DNA of 48,559 nucleotides from Spongospora subterranea f. sp. subterranea (Eukaryota): NCBI GenBank assembly GCA_049724395.1, contig JAUGWO010000079.1, positions 1 to 48,559 of the forward strand, read 5' to 3'. Shown piece by piece: positions 22,899 to 34,716 of this stretch (position 1 is its first letter; each line of letters starts with the position of its first letter). The notes under the pieces were generated by a model. It saw only the letters and a program-made list of their open reading frames with translations, ran no database searches and was not told where the DNA came from. The position numbers and the translations under genes were made by a program.

Positions 22899-24033
22899 TT
22901 TCATTGGACGATCAGGCTGTTGAACTTCGCTGTACCGTTCTAATGTTGTTTCAAAATCAATGGAGCTCGGTTCATGAAATCTGCATAACAGAACTTTGAA
23001 CGAACAAGACTTCCGCAAATTTAGACGTTCCCGTTGCGAGATTTATGTATTGTTTAGTAGTAAGACCTGGAAATGACAGTCCCCGATTATCATGAACGAT
23101 GTGCTTCATGTTTCTGACAAACTCTTGTGAAGTGTCGTCGTGAGTCGGTGTCGATTTGCTAATGGTTATAAGTAGATTCTGCAGTTGACACCATCTCCCA
23201 ATCACAGATGAAGGTCCGACAGAATTGATAAAAACGTTAAAACAACATCGTGGAGGCTGTTGACGTGTCTCACGCTGAAGTTGAAATAGTTATCTTGTTC
23301 CGAAACGTTTTGCGTTCGTTCGATGATGGTCGACGCAATTCGTTTGAGGGCGTCGATCCCTGCATTCAAATCCAGCAACGTCTCCGTGCAATTCTCACTC
23401 TCGATGGCCGAATCGGGTTTAATCAGTACATCATGTGGGGCCCAGACCAGGCCCACTCTCGTGTACGACCCGTTGAATTCGTACGATTCCGCCTGGAGAA
23501 CACTCTCGTGAAGACGACGTCCGGGTTGACAGAGACTGTCAGATTTCATCATTTTTATCTCCAGACAAACGCTTTTTCTGGATTTTGTTGTACAGACGAT
23601 ATCGGCTCGGCCATACTGAGTGGCGATTTTGCTGTTGCAGTACGCCACTCGAGGCGATACGACTTCCACTTTCACCGACTCTGAAATGACCTGCTTATCG
23701 CATAGTAAAAATAACGCGATCAGCATTTTGATATGCCCTTGGCGTAGATACAACCCCTTCCAATCATTGGTTGCTTCCAAAGCTTTCGCTGGATAATTTT
23801 CTGTTTGACCAGGAATTGTTTTGATCCCAACCGGATGGCGCAAATAGGGTCCGTCCTCGTATCCCCATGAATTTCAAATTCCGAGTGGCAGCTCTCGTCG
23901 TTGCACGAGTATTCCCATCGATGGAATATCCAAATTCGTAGAACGGCAATGGTCAGTTCGTATTGCGGGTCCAACTCGAAAAATCATCGAATGACGAACG
24001 GGTTTGTCCGAAGCTGGTCTGATACGTGTCGTG
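22899..24033. repeat. ~1.14 kb direct repeat, copy 2
   Basis: Colinear with 17205-18345. Confidence 0.95.
23202..23974 (-). pseudogene. PD-(D/E)XK nuclease-like ORF, copy 2 (frameshifted)
   Basis: YGRADIV...CLEIK...VLQAESY; reads through the position where copy 1 has TAA; coding-like fragments continue to ~22797. Confidence 0.6.
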
Positions 24034-24035
24034 TA

Positions 24036-24308
24036 AATGTTTCGCATTGTCATACCTGATGTTCGATTGTTTCGGAATGTTTGTCACAGTGCCTGCTCAT
24101 GTTCGTGTCTTCCATTCCAATGTTGCTGAGGTGTTGTCTGCATCTGCTATGTCCAGTTCGTGCTCTGTTAATTAGCATGTGTGGCGTCGATTCACGTTGT
24201 AGTTTGCGAAACGGATCTCTATCTGGGTAGTTTGGGAAGTGGCTACGCTGGACGTTCGCTTTCAGGTACTGTTTTAATTGCCCTCTTTCATATTTCTTAA
24301 GTTGGTAA
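24036..24308 (-). mobile_element. LINE ORF2 C-terminal fragment, same group as the two long LINEs
   Basis: QLKK...PDRDP...LINRARTGHSRCRQHL...RHCDKHSETIEHQV aligns with 39120-39400. Confidence 0.85.
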
Positions 24309-25799
24309 GTGGACACCCCTGGTACGCCTCACACAATTATACATTACTACTCAGGTTATCACAGCTTGTTATCTCGATGGAATCCTCTTCTCTTTTGTCA
24401 ACGGTTGAAAAAACCTTCCAAGTCTTTAAACGCCAGATGCACGCAGCAGAGTACAATATTAACAAACGTCGGTTCAAACGCAACAGCTCCGGTTCCATAT
24501 ACAAGGTGTGGCTAGTCTGTCAGCACGGTCGATCCTACTGCAACTCTCGGCCGCTTCTCGAAAGCGATACGCGTATCAAATGTACGAGTACCAATAGAAT
24601 GAACTGTCCCTGGTCTGCAAAAATTCAAGCCAATAATGACCTTACCAAATGGTCGCTGAACTTGATCTGCGATGAACATAACCACCAGCCGGCCACTGAA
24701 AGTTCTACATTTTCCTCAGCTCGGACGTTGAATGATGAAAAGAAAGCTTTGATAGGAGATATGAATCAAGCTGGTGCTCAGCCTAAAACGATCATTGCCG
24801 CTTTGCGTCAGCGATATCCTGGAATAGCCGTGACCTCCCAGGACGTCTACAATATTGTCAAGCGAATAAGGACATCAGAATTATCAGGAAAAAGCCCCAT
24901 TGCGGCATTACTAGACCAGTTAATCACAGATAATGTATTGCATGCTTACCAATACGACGATCACCGCACCGTCTTCTTCGATCAAACTGGTCAGACAATA
25001 TCACCATACCGTTCTCATTGATGCTACTTACAAAACCAATCGGTAAAAGTTTACCTGCTTCTCCTGCTAAAACTCAACCGTTCTCTTAGTTTTCGGATGC
25101 CTTTTATTTCTGACGATGGAAATCCCGTGTTCTCATATGATGAAAGAACTTATACAACAAAACTCTGTGCTAAACCCCCAAAATTTTCACTGTCATTGGC
25201 GACTGAGCATTCCTGTTGGAGTTTCTCTACAAGATAGTTCACAGACGTTTGCTCAAGCTCTGTCGGAACTGGATGCAACTTACCAATCGTTGCCACCTCA
25301 TCGCCAGCGAGTTATACAGGAAGGCGTCAACGTTTTAACAAGCATACGGCGAGATACAAACTTCATTCAAAATCCAGAACAAGTTACCGCTCGAGGACGA
25401 CCTCAAGGGTCAGTCGCTCGGTTGGGATCCTGTATCTTCGACACGGAGAGATCCTTCTGGTTTCGAGAATGCTGAAGGATCTCTCCGTGTCGAAGATACA
25501 GGACCCAACCGAGCGACTGACCCTTGAGGTCGTCCTCGAGCGGTAACTTGTTCTGGATTTTGAGTGAAGTTTGTATCTCGCGTGTTTATGGTTGATGTGG
25601 CCGCTCTGGTCACAATCGCCGATCATGTAGTTCGATAGACTCAACACCAATAGGGGCGGTGTCGCTGTAAGTAATTGCCGAACAATTGTTAATTGAAGTA
25701 CTGTTTCTGAATAAAGACGTCTGGTAATGTATAATTGTGTGATTTATAAGAAAATGCGTAAACCATCGACCAATTTGGGGTGTCCACGGACCGGACGCC
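24309..25799 (+). mobile_element. Mutator-like (MULE) element remnant with terminal inverted similarity and an internal foldback
   Basis: FAR1/WRKY-type C-x-C...HNH domain (24376-25021), LIDATYKTNR (~25015-25045), PCSH...HW and RGRP/STRRDPS tail; inverted matches GTGGACACCCC (24309-24319 vs 25777-25787) and TCACACAATTATACATTAC (24329-24347 vs 25724-25742). Confidence 0.8.
25349..25581. repeat. Long palindrome: ~108-bp arms (25349-25457 / 25474-25581), 16-nt spacer
   Basis: Arms are near-perfect reverse complements. Confidence 0.95.
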
Positions 25800-25925
25800 T
25801 TAGAGCATCTCCACCGCAAATCCTCAAATTCACAGTCCCTATCCCCAAATATGTTCGAGCGGCCTTTTATAGGGACAGTTAGTGCGTCACCGCGAGGTAT
25901 CCCCAAAAACGATCCGTATATCTTC

Positions 25926-27237
25926 ATGGACCTGCTTCGCCGGTTGCAAATGTCGTTTATCGAAGAGGATCAGAACGATGCTATCATTGATGCTGTTCTG
26001 TCATCCGACGATGAAATGTTCAGTTCAGGGCAATTAGGTTCTCGCCATGGGGGCTCAAGGGTTGGTCGAAAACGTAATGTCGAACGTGGACGAGCACTGG
26101 GTGCGGCCCGCATTTACTCTGATTACTTCTCGGAAAACCCTATTTACAATGACAGGTTGTTTCGCCGACGCTTTCGGATGAGGAGAGAAGTTTTTCTACG
26201 CGTTCTCAACGGCGTCCGAGATTTCGACGAGTACTTCGAGCAGAAGAAAGACGCTCTGCTCCAATCCGGACTGTCCACCATTCAAAAGGTCACCGCGGCG
26301 ATTCGGCAAATGGCGTATGGAACCGGTGCAGATGCATGCGACGAGTATATTCGAATCGGAGAGAGCACTGCGGCAGTTTGCCTTGACCGGTTCGCTGCAG
26401 CAGTTGTGGGGAGATTCGCTGGCGAGTATTTACGCGCTCCTACGCCAGAAGACTTAGAGAGGATCATTCGGGTCAATGCTGGTCGTGGATTCCCTGGTCT
26501 CCAAGGATCTTTGGATTGTTATAACTGGAAATGGGGACAAATGTCCCAAAGCAAAGCAGGGGCAATTCAAGGGCCATAAAGGCACTTCGATTTCCCTTGA
26601 GGCAGTGGTGGATGGCGAACTGTGGTTTTGGCACATTCATTTCGGAATACCAGGCGCGTTGAACGATATCAACGTTGTTCAAAGATCAACGTTGCTGCAT
26701 AATTTGATCAACGGCAAATCCCATCCAGTTACCTTCCCCGTCAATGGCAACGCCTATGCCATGCCATACTTCTTGGTTGATGGCATATATCCAAGATGGT
26801 ATGTGTTTATGAAGTCAATTCCGGACCCTCTTGGTGAGGCAGAAGCGCTCTTCACCAGGATGCACGAGGCGATCAGGAAGGATGTGGAACGTGGATTCGG
26901 AGTCATTCAGGCGCGCTGGGCGATTACAAAGCTCCCTGGTCGCAAATGGACTGTTTCTCGCCTATCAATGATAATGCATGCGTGCATAATCCTTCATAAT
27001 ATGGTGATAGAGGATGAACGCAGCAGCCACAAGCTCGGTCAAGACTTAGAGTTTGATGGACCTGTGAGTGCACGAGCGCGAACCAGCAACGTCATGGTAC
27101 TTCGTTGCGCTGACGATCTGGTTGACGGTTCCTTTGGTGCAACGGCAGCCAGAATGATGGCGACGCGCGATTTCGAAGCAGGAGCTCAGCTGAAACAAGA
27201 TCTGATTGCGGAAATGTGGAAAACGCATGGGAATTAA
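25926..27237 (+). CDS. Harbinger DDE transposase (one +1 frameshift in the G-run at ~26533)
   Basis: FRRRFRM, QKVTAAIRQMAYG, GFPG-GSLDC, G--NDINV, YFLVDGIYP, RKDVERGFGVIQARW, ACIILHNM. Confidence 0.9.
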
Positions 27238-27244
27238 ATTGCTT

Positions 27245-28086
27245 TTATTCAGAATTTTTTGGCAATTGAGCTTTGAGGTTTTCTAACGCCTGCTGTTTTT
27301 TCAATGCCAGGTACTGCGCGCCAACATGGTCATCATCGCGGACGACGATGCTGAACAGAGCCAGTTCGTTCTGCTCTTGCAGCAGCTCGTTACGGCGCGT
27401 CTGCGATGCAGCAATGTCTTGCTTGACTTTCAGAAGCTGCTGACGACTCTCGTCTTCGCGCTTATCGCCAAGCAGATTTTTTTTGGCAGCCTTGCAGCCG
27501 AGTGGGCGTTCACCATCTTGGCTTCCTTGCACGCCCTCTAAAACGGCTCGCTCCCTTTTTGCTGCCAAAGGGCTGGTGATCACCTACACACAATGCGTTA
27601 CATTGCAAATTTATCATACTCAATTCAGTTTGATTTCACCTTCCACTTGTCGCCAAACGCTTGCAGAGCCCGCCAACACGATTCAAATTCAAAGGACACG
27701 TTTTGTTCCTTTTCAAAAAGGTCGTGGGCGAACTGAAGATAATCTTCATCATTAGACCCGCTCCTTTCAATGGACGTCGCAGTAGAATAGTACCCGATAA
27801 AAAGGTTTATCGCTGTTTGTAGGACGCTCCACCGGTTCTTCAGGGCTTTTTGTGTTCGGTCGGAAGAGCCGCCGCGCGCTACAAACGACGTTGACACCTT
27901 TTCCCAATACACGGTGCCTTTCTGATCGACACCGTTGATGGAATCGTAGCCAACCGATCCTACCGCACGCGTAAGCGCGAGGTTTTCCTCGTCTTTCCAT
28001 GATTTGCCTCGACCGGCCTTCTTTGTTGCTCCGGGAGCAACACACTCCTCGACAACTGAATCATTCATGATTGACTGTAATGTCAT
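27245..28086 (-). CDS. Harbinger Myb/SANT-like (NAM-associated) DNA-binding protein; two exons (28086-27640, 27583-27245)
   Basis: RGKSWKDEENLAL...DQKG-VYW...RTQKALKNRW...FESCW...KW; a 56-nt phase-0 GT..AG intron (27639-27584) joins it in frame to the RPLGCKAAKK exon. Confidence 0.85.
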
Positions 28087-28108
28087 GGAATTACTCCGTG
28101 GGGACAGC

Positions 28109-28340
28109 TTTCGGGCAGTCCCCATATTTTGTTTGTTTCGGGCAGTCCCCATATTTTGTTTGTTTCGGGCAGTCCCCATATTGGGGTTTGTTTCGGGCAG
28201 TCCCCATATTTTGTTTGTTTCGGGCAGTCCCCATATTTTGTTTGTTTCGGGCAGTCCCCATATTTTGTTTGTTTCGGGCAGTCCCCATATTTTGTTTGTT
28301 TCGGGCAGTCCCCATATTTTGTTTGTTTCGGGCAGTCCCC
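28109..28340. repeat. Subterminal tandem array in the Harbinger, 27-bp unit TTTCGGGCAGTCCCCATATTTTGTTTG, ~8.5 copies
   Basis: Directly visible. Confidence 0.97.
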
Positions 28341-28499
28341 AAATTTGGGGTCGATTTCGGAGTTTTTTTGGGGATGGGGACTGCGGTGGGGATAAATTTT
28401 GTCCCCAAAGACTTTGAAAAAGTGCGTTGGGACTGTTTTAGGGACGCGGTGGAGATGCTCTAATGAACTTCAGAGCAACATATGAAATCGGCAAATGCA

Positions 28500-30801
28500 A
28501 AAGTCTGGACGCCGGCAACAAAGAAAGATTCCCTTCAAAGTCGTTAGAAGTGTGTAGTTGCTAATACGCCCCTTCGCTGATCATTGTCTGTCATTGTGGT
28601 AGTTCTCACTTTTTCATCAACTTATTGCGATGCTTTTCGAATAGTTGATTTGAGAGTGGCTTCGTGAGAATGTCTGCTAAATTGATCTGCCCTTCCTGTG
28701 TCTGCTCTCACGAATAAAGTGATGCCGTATATCGATATGTTTGGCTCGCGACTTGTTGGAAGTGTTCTTCTCAAGGAAAATAGCACCTTGATTATCTTGA
28801 TGTAGAGTCGCCTGTTTCTTGGTAATAATTCCAAGTTCATGTAGTAAATCTTGTAACCATACGGCTTCCTTCGTCGCATCAGAAGCTGCAATGTATTCGG
28901 CTTCGGTTGTGGATAATGTGACTGTGGATTGTTTCTTGCTTTTCCAAGATATGACGTTATGTCCAATCGAAAATATCCATCCAGTGGTCGACTTGCGATC
29001 GCATATGTCTCCAGCAAAATCGCTGTCAGCCCAACCTGTAAGTTGGTGATCGCCTTGTGTGAAGGTTAGACCTAAATCTGGAGTTCTTTTCAAATACTTG
29101 ATGATTCTTTGAACGGCTTTCCATAACGATATCGTGGGTTTGCTGACATGTCGACTAATGTTGTTGATTGCGAATGCCAGGTCAGGTCGCGTTGCATTTG
29201 CTAAGTACGTAAGGCTTCCGATTGCTTCACGAATCGGGTATGTGCAGTGTGCTGATGATCGCGTCGTCGTCTGGCGTGTAGATTTCCGACATCGGGGTTG
29301 GTGCTGGTTTGCAGTTATCTTGTCCGAATTTGGATATGATAGAGAGTGTGTAATCCATTTGTGTGAGGACGATCCCTTTGTCTATATATCTTGCTTGTAA
29401 TCCGAGAAATCGTTGTAGTTCCCCTAAGTTTTTCATTTTGAAGTTGTGGCCCATGATAGTTGAGATGCTGTCGATTTCGGTCTTGTCGTTCCTGTTAATA
29501 TTAGATCATCAACGTATGTTCCGATTATGGTTATTCCCTTGTTGTTCTTCTTGTACCATATACATGGCTCTTTCATGGATTGAGTATATCCGTTGTTGCG
29601 GATCAGGTCGAATAGTGATGTCTGCCAAGCTTTACCAGCCTGTTTTAAGCCATAGAGGGCTTTGTTACGCATGCATACCTTGTGCTCGTCCCCGTGCTTT
29701 ATAAAGCCTTCCGGTTGTTCGATGTAAATGGGGAGCAATAATGGTTCATTTAGGTAGGCTGTAGTAAAGTCTCGCTGGTATATCTTCCAGGTATTATTGA
29801 CAGACAGATGAGGATACGAACTGATGTATGTGCAAGTACCGAAGAATAGGTTTCGTGATAGTCGATGCCATGTTTTTGAGAATATCCTTTCGCGACAAAT
29901 CTAGCTTTGGCTATAAGGTGATCGTTGATGTCCTTGTTCTTGGTAAAGATCCATCTTCCTTGATTCGCTTTCACGTGTCGTGGACGGTCGACGAGTGTCC
30001 AAGTGTGATTATCCTTATGTGACGCCATTTCTTTGTCTGCAGCAATTTGCCATTCATGTGCGTCTGGTCGCCTCATTGCTTCCGAGTAAGTTTTCGGATA
30101 GTCGATCAGAGTGTGATGAATTTCGAATCCGTGATCGTCGATGATGGTAAATGGATCGGATCCATCATTCATATCCATCGCCTCTTGCCGCCAATCCAGT
30201 ATAGTGTTTTCGTCGAACTGCACGTCGCGTCTTACGATGACCGTAGCGGTGTTCGAAGGTCGAAGTATGTATCGCTTCTGGTATGGTGCATATCCTAACA
30301 ATTTACATTTCAGTGATGTTGGTTGAAGTGAATCTCGCATAGTGGATTCAATGTGCCAAATATGCTGTACATCCGAATGGTTTCAGGTGCTTAACATCGG
30401 GCTTGACGTTCATCCATAGTTCGTATGGGGTTGTCCATTCGATGCGTCGAGTTGGTAGTCGATTCAGCGTGTACGTAGAGTACTGTACTGCAAATGGCCA
30501 AGAATTGTGGTCAATCTTGGCTTGTATCAGCCCGCAGCGTGTCATCCCCATGATGGTCTGATTACGTCTTTCCTCTTGACCGTTCTGTTGAGGACAGTGA
30601 GGTACAGTGCGTTGGTGTTTGATGTCCTTTTGTAAAAGAAATGCACTCATCGTTTGATTGACATATTCGGATCCATTGTCAGTTAACAAGGTGGTGAGGC
30701 GAAGTTTCGTCTCAGCTTGAGCATCGGTAATGAACAGTTTCATTGCTTCCAAGACTTCGTCAGCGCTCTTGTGCTTTAGAAACTTGACCCATGTCCATGT
30801 G
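28500..30801 (-). mobile_element. Decayed Ty1/copia (integrase-RT-RNase H, PPT and start of the 3' LTR); 5' part cut off at the LTR of gypsy C
   Basis: TDNGSEY, PQQNG, KARFVAKGYSQ, KALYGLKQ, YVDD, GWADSDFAGD, LSTTEAEY, KHIDIRHH; PPT at 28567-28575 followed by TATTAG on the minus strand. Left boundary approximate. Confidence 0.88.
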
Positions 30802-30983
30802 TGTAAAGACCTGGACGGAACGAACTATAGGGCTTAAGCTAAAACTAGAGAGAAGGAACTAACAGAGGCTGAGGCTAAACGTGGTGCTTTACTAGAACTA
30901 ATAATAACGATCTGAGCCCGAAGACTCAGATCGTAGATAGGTAATATGGATAGATATTATTGACTGGTGTGGGGGACCTAACA
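30802..30983 (-). repeat. 3' LTR of gypsy C (182 bp, TGTTAGG...TCTTTACA)
   Basis: Preceded on the minus strand by PPT AAAAAAGGGGAGGTAG; TG..CA termini; the copia sequence resumes at 30801. Confidence 0.8.
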
Positions 30984-33282
30984 CTACCTCCCCTTTTTTA
31001 AATCCCGATTAGGTGTGTCCGGATAATTGTCATGAAATTTAGCGATGGCTTCCCGCAGCGGAGGAGAGTTATCTGCAAGCTCTCGCGCTGGCTCCCAGGA
31101 ACGTTCGGATGGAGGATAACCTTCCCAGTCCACTAAGTATTGCAGCTGATTGCGGTAGAACCTAGAATCCAGAATATCCTTAACGATGAATAACGGTTCT
31201 GTTGATTCCGCAGGTATGAAATTGGGTTCAGGAGGACAATCTTGAGCTCGCCCAGCAATGTCGTTCCTGTGATATGGCTCAATCTGCGAGACGTGGAACG
31301 TGTTATGCACTCGCCAAGATGCAGGCAATTGCCATGAAAATGTTACGTCGTTAACCTTCGCGATGATCGGGAAGGGTCCTGCGAATCTGTCGTCGAGCTC
31401 AGGACAAGGTCGAGTTGTATTCCAATCGATTCTCTTCACCATGACTAACTCGCCCAGTGAATATGCGGGAGCCTCAGAACGTTTGTTATCGGCATATTGT
31501 TTCATCGAAATCACGGCCTGTTCAAGTTGTCGTCGTAAAAATAAACGAATGCTTCGTAAATGGTTTGCCCTTTCATCAGCGGACGGATTCGCTTGTGATT
31601 GGCAGAATGATGGGACCTCGATGGTGCGGGGATGGAACCCATAGTTTGCGAAAAATGGGGAAACTTTGGTCGATGAGTGTTCGGTGTTGTTGTATTGGAA
31701 TTCAGCCAGCGCCAACCAATCTTCCCAGTCATCCTGCTGGTAGGAAGTAAACGTCCTTGAATACTGCTCTACAACTTGGTTAACCCTTTCTGTCTGTCCG
31801 TTGGTCTGCGGGTGTCTCGACGTAGATAGTTTCCGTTGAATCAGTAGCCGTTGGAGAAGGCATTTCCAAAATCCTGCAACCATCTGCGGGCCACGGTCTG
31901 ATACAATATCGTCTGGGAGTCCCTGAAGCCGGAACACTTGTCGTAGCATCAATTCAGCCAACTGTGGCGATGTGATTGATTCTTTACAAGCAATAAAATG
32001 CGCCATTTTTCGACAAACGATCAACCACAACGAGAATTGAGTCGAAACCGTTGGATTTGGGTAGTTTGACTATGAAGTCTAATGAAATTGATCGCCATAA
32101 ATCCGTTGGAATGGGTAACGGGTTTAAAAGTCCTGGTGGTGCCTTGCGCTGCAATTTGGTTCGCTGGCACCGATCACACGATTTGACGTAGCGTCGAACG
32201 AAATCATTCATTCCGGACCACCAAAAATGTCGTTGCACTGCTTGAAGCGTTTTCCGCCGACCTAAGTGACCTCCCAATGAGGCGTCATGGAGCTGTGTGA
32301 GTACTTTGAGTTGCGCCGTTTCTCTAGGTACTACAAGTGCCTGTTTTTTGTACAATAACCCGTCATGAACGTGAAAGGGCTTGGTGACGTGGCGGATTTG
32401 TTGCTGAGCTGCAGAATCGTGTGATTGAGATTCTCTGATAATATTAATGAGACCCTCCAGACCGGATTGAATTGCATTCAATTCTAGTGGAGCAACGCTA
32501 AGGCTGTCTTCTGGTAGTAAACAAGTTCGCTGCTGTTGCCACACGGGATCATTAGGCTTGTATCTCGTACTCAGGGCGTCTCGACAAGGCGTCTGGTTGC
32601 CCAGAGAGTGAACCAGCACGATGATGTATCACATAATCATATTCCGACAATATCATAGACCAGCGTGCTTGTCGTCGGTTGAGAAGCTTCGATGATCAAA
32701 AATAACGGAGATTATTATGGTCAGAGAGGATTTTAATCTTGTGTGGACTACCTTCTAAGTAATGTCGCCAACGGGAAATAGCCACCACGACCGCCAGTAA
32801 TTCCTTGTCGTGCGTCTCGTAGTTGATTTCTGCCGGTTTGAGTTTGCGTGAATGGAATGCAATCGGGCGTAATTTTCCATCAGTCTGAACCTGCGATAAT
32901 ATCATGCCGATCGCGAAGTCGGAAGCGTCGGTCTCCACTATACACGGTGCAGAAGGGATGAAATGGGCTAATATTGGTGCTTGAAGGAAGGCCCGTTTGA
33001 TTGCGTCAAAAGATGCTTGATGCTGAGGTTGCCAAGAAAACGGTACATCCTTCTTAGTCAGCTCGTATAGTGGTGCTGCGTATTGGGAGTAATGAGAGAT
33101 GAAATCACACGGTAAAAGTTGGCGAATCCCAAAAAACATTGAATCCCCTTGACGGACGTCGGTGTTTGCCACGAGGTGATATTGGAGGTTTTCTCTGGAT
33201 CCATTTCGATTCCTTGCGGGCTGATGATGTAACCCAGAAATTCTACACGTCGAACTCCAAAAGCGCATTTCTCCAGCTTGGC
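30802..33282 (-). mobile_element. Ty3/gypsy chromovirus C, 5'-truncated (RT end-RH-IN-chromodomain plus 3' LTR)
   Basis: AKLEKC, ETDASD, HDASLGGHLG, SDRGPQ, YLVDWEGYPPSERSWEP; stop codon at 30984-30986 abuts the LTR. Confidence 0.9.
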
Positions 33283-33494
33283 ACGCAGGTTGTTGAGCAT
33301 GCGAGGAACGAACCTCTTGAAAAATATACAGCTAATTTGTAATAATGCGACTTGGGTTCAAGGCATTGTGGTGTTCCGTACAGGGAATTTCCCCCGTGTC
33401 CAACCAATGGTTAGAGGGTTTTAGTGAGTCGGGTCATGGGATCAACCTCACACTATCACAATGTCGGTCAGACAGCAGAACATTCAGCGAAGGT
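33283..33494 (+). mobile_element. 5'-truncated SINE / LINE-tail copy
   Basis: 33283-33367 is nearly identical to 47262-47346; 33300-33494 is homologous to the LINE 3' UTR at ~39587-39773. Confidence 0.7.
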
Positions 33495-33719
33495 AATATT
33501 GTCGGGCGAATGAGCTTTGACACCAAGTTCGTCTTGGCCCTCTTTCGCATCAGGTCACCTCCATCCATGCTGAGATGAGAGTCAGACTCTCATCCATTGA
33601 CATGTTCTTCCCTCGGGCGGGACGCTCAGCCAGTGCCTCCGCCTCGACGTCATTTGGCGTTCATTTGAGGCGGGACTTTAAAATCCTGTACCCAGCAACA
33701 GGCAAATTCTATAAACGCA

Positions 33720-33878
33720 CTCCGTGGCGCAACATCTTTTGGGTTTGTACCACGGTGTATCCCGTGGTGTATTATACACCACCAAGATACACCTGAATGT
33801 AAAATTTTACACTTTGTACCACCCGGTGGATCACGCATTTTTTCTCGGTGGTACAAATTTTAGGTTTACACCACGGAG
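33720..33878. mobile_element. MITE, Tc1/mariner-like, ~159 bp
   Basis: Imperfect ~33-bp TIRs CTCCGTGG...TTTGTACCAC / GTGGTACAAA...CCACGGAG; TA on the right flank, CA on the left. Confidence 0.55.
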
Positions 33879-34716
33879 TATACCATGCGATGGATATGCT
33901 CTAATTAGGGTACTAATGATAGGTAATTAGGTATGTAGGTCTGACTGTGCGGTGGCTTTTTTCTACCGCGCGCGGTTCAACCGCGCGAGATGCTTGGACA
34001 CAATCACCCCGCTATTCGACTGCGCGTGCCACGGCATCGAGATGATGTTTGCTGCCACCAAGTCGGGGAAATGGTGGGAGTCGGCTGCTGCTAGGGATAA
34101 TAGTGGAGGGATGCCTGGAGTCTTCCCCGATGATACTAACAATCCTAGGAGGCAGCAGCAGTCAAGAAAATGGATCATTAGACATGGAAACCCGGGCTCT
34201 GGTGGCTCTATGTTATTACATAGGCAACCAACGACAACGCCCAACCCCTGCAATGAAGAGGCCTGGCCAAATCATTGTACCTGTACTAGTCATAGAACAG
34301 GATTAACAGAAACGGATTACAGACATGGAATGAATGCTATGAAATATGGAAACATATGGATATCAGATAAGATTAACAGCAACGGACTCACAGAAATTAT
34401 TATTTTAAGGCTCAAAACACCAATCAGATACAATCACGTGATAGGGGGAAAAAATGCAAATAGAAAACATAGTAAAGTACAAGGAAAACATGGTAGAAAT
34501 AGCGATATTACAGAAAATAGAGAAGCAATGCATAAATACGAGACTATGGCCATAGATATCAATCCTGCCCACAGCCCACACAGAGAAAATAGTCTACATA
34601 GTTTAGCACATTGTCGGGGAATGTCTTTGATACATCGCCCCGAGAAGCAGAAAGGAACAGGAGGAAATAGCACCGGATTACATACCACTTGTAGCCTAAC
34701 AATTGATCACAACAAA

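Larger units (their letters stand above)
25803..28460. mobile_element. PIF/Harbinger DNA transposon, complete structure
   Basis: TIRs GAGCATCTCCACCGC (25803-25817) and GCGGTGGAGATGCTC (28446-28460), flanked by TTA and TAA; convergent transposase and Myb-like genes. Confidence 0.95.

Noticed and set aside
17205..24033. The 1.14 kb direct repeats as LTRs of a retroelement
   Set aside because: No TG..CA ends, PBS, PPT or TSD; the repeat ends coincide with truncation by other repeats, and the repeats are coding-like.
28004..28463. ORFs with MGTARNKQN / FVSGSPHIL / FGQSPYFVC repeats
   Set aside because: Translations of the 27-bp subterminal array; the Myb gene most plausibly starts at ATG 28086.
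33574..33594. Perfect 10-bp inverted repeat GATGAGAGTC-A-GACTCTCATC
   Set aside because: Single short palindrome with no second copy or supporting context.
33952..34100. N-terminus of the 590-aa ORF as part of the LINE protein
   Set aside because: GTG start, and composition shifts from GC-rich to A-rich near 34100-34170; probably unrelated flank read in frame by chance.
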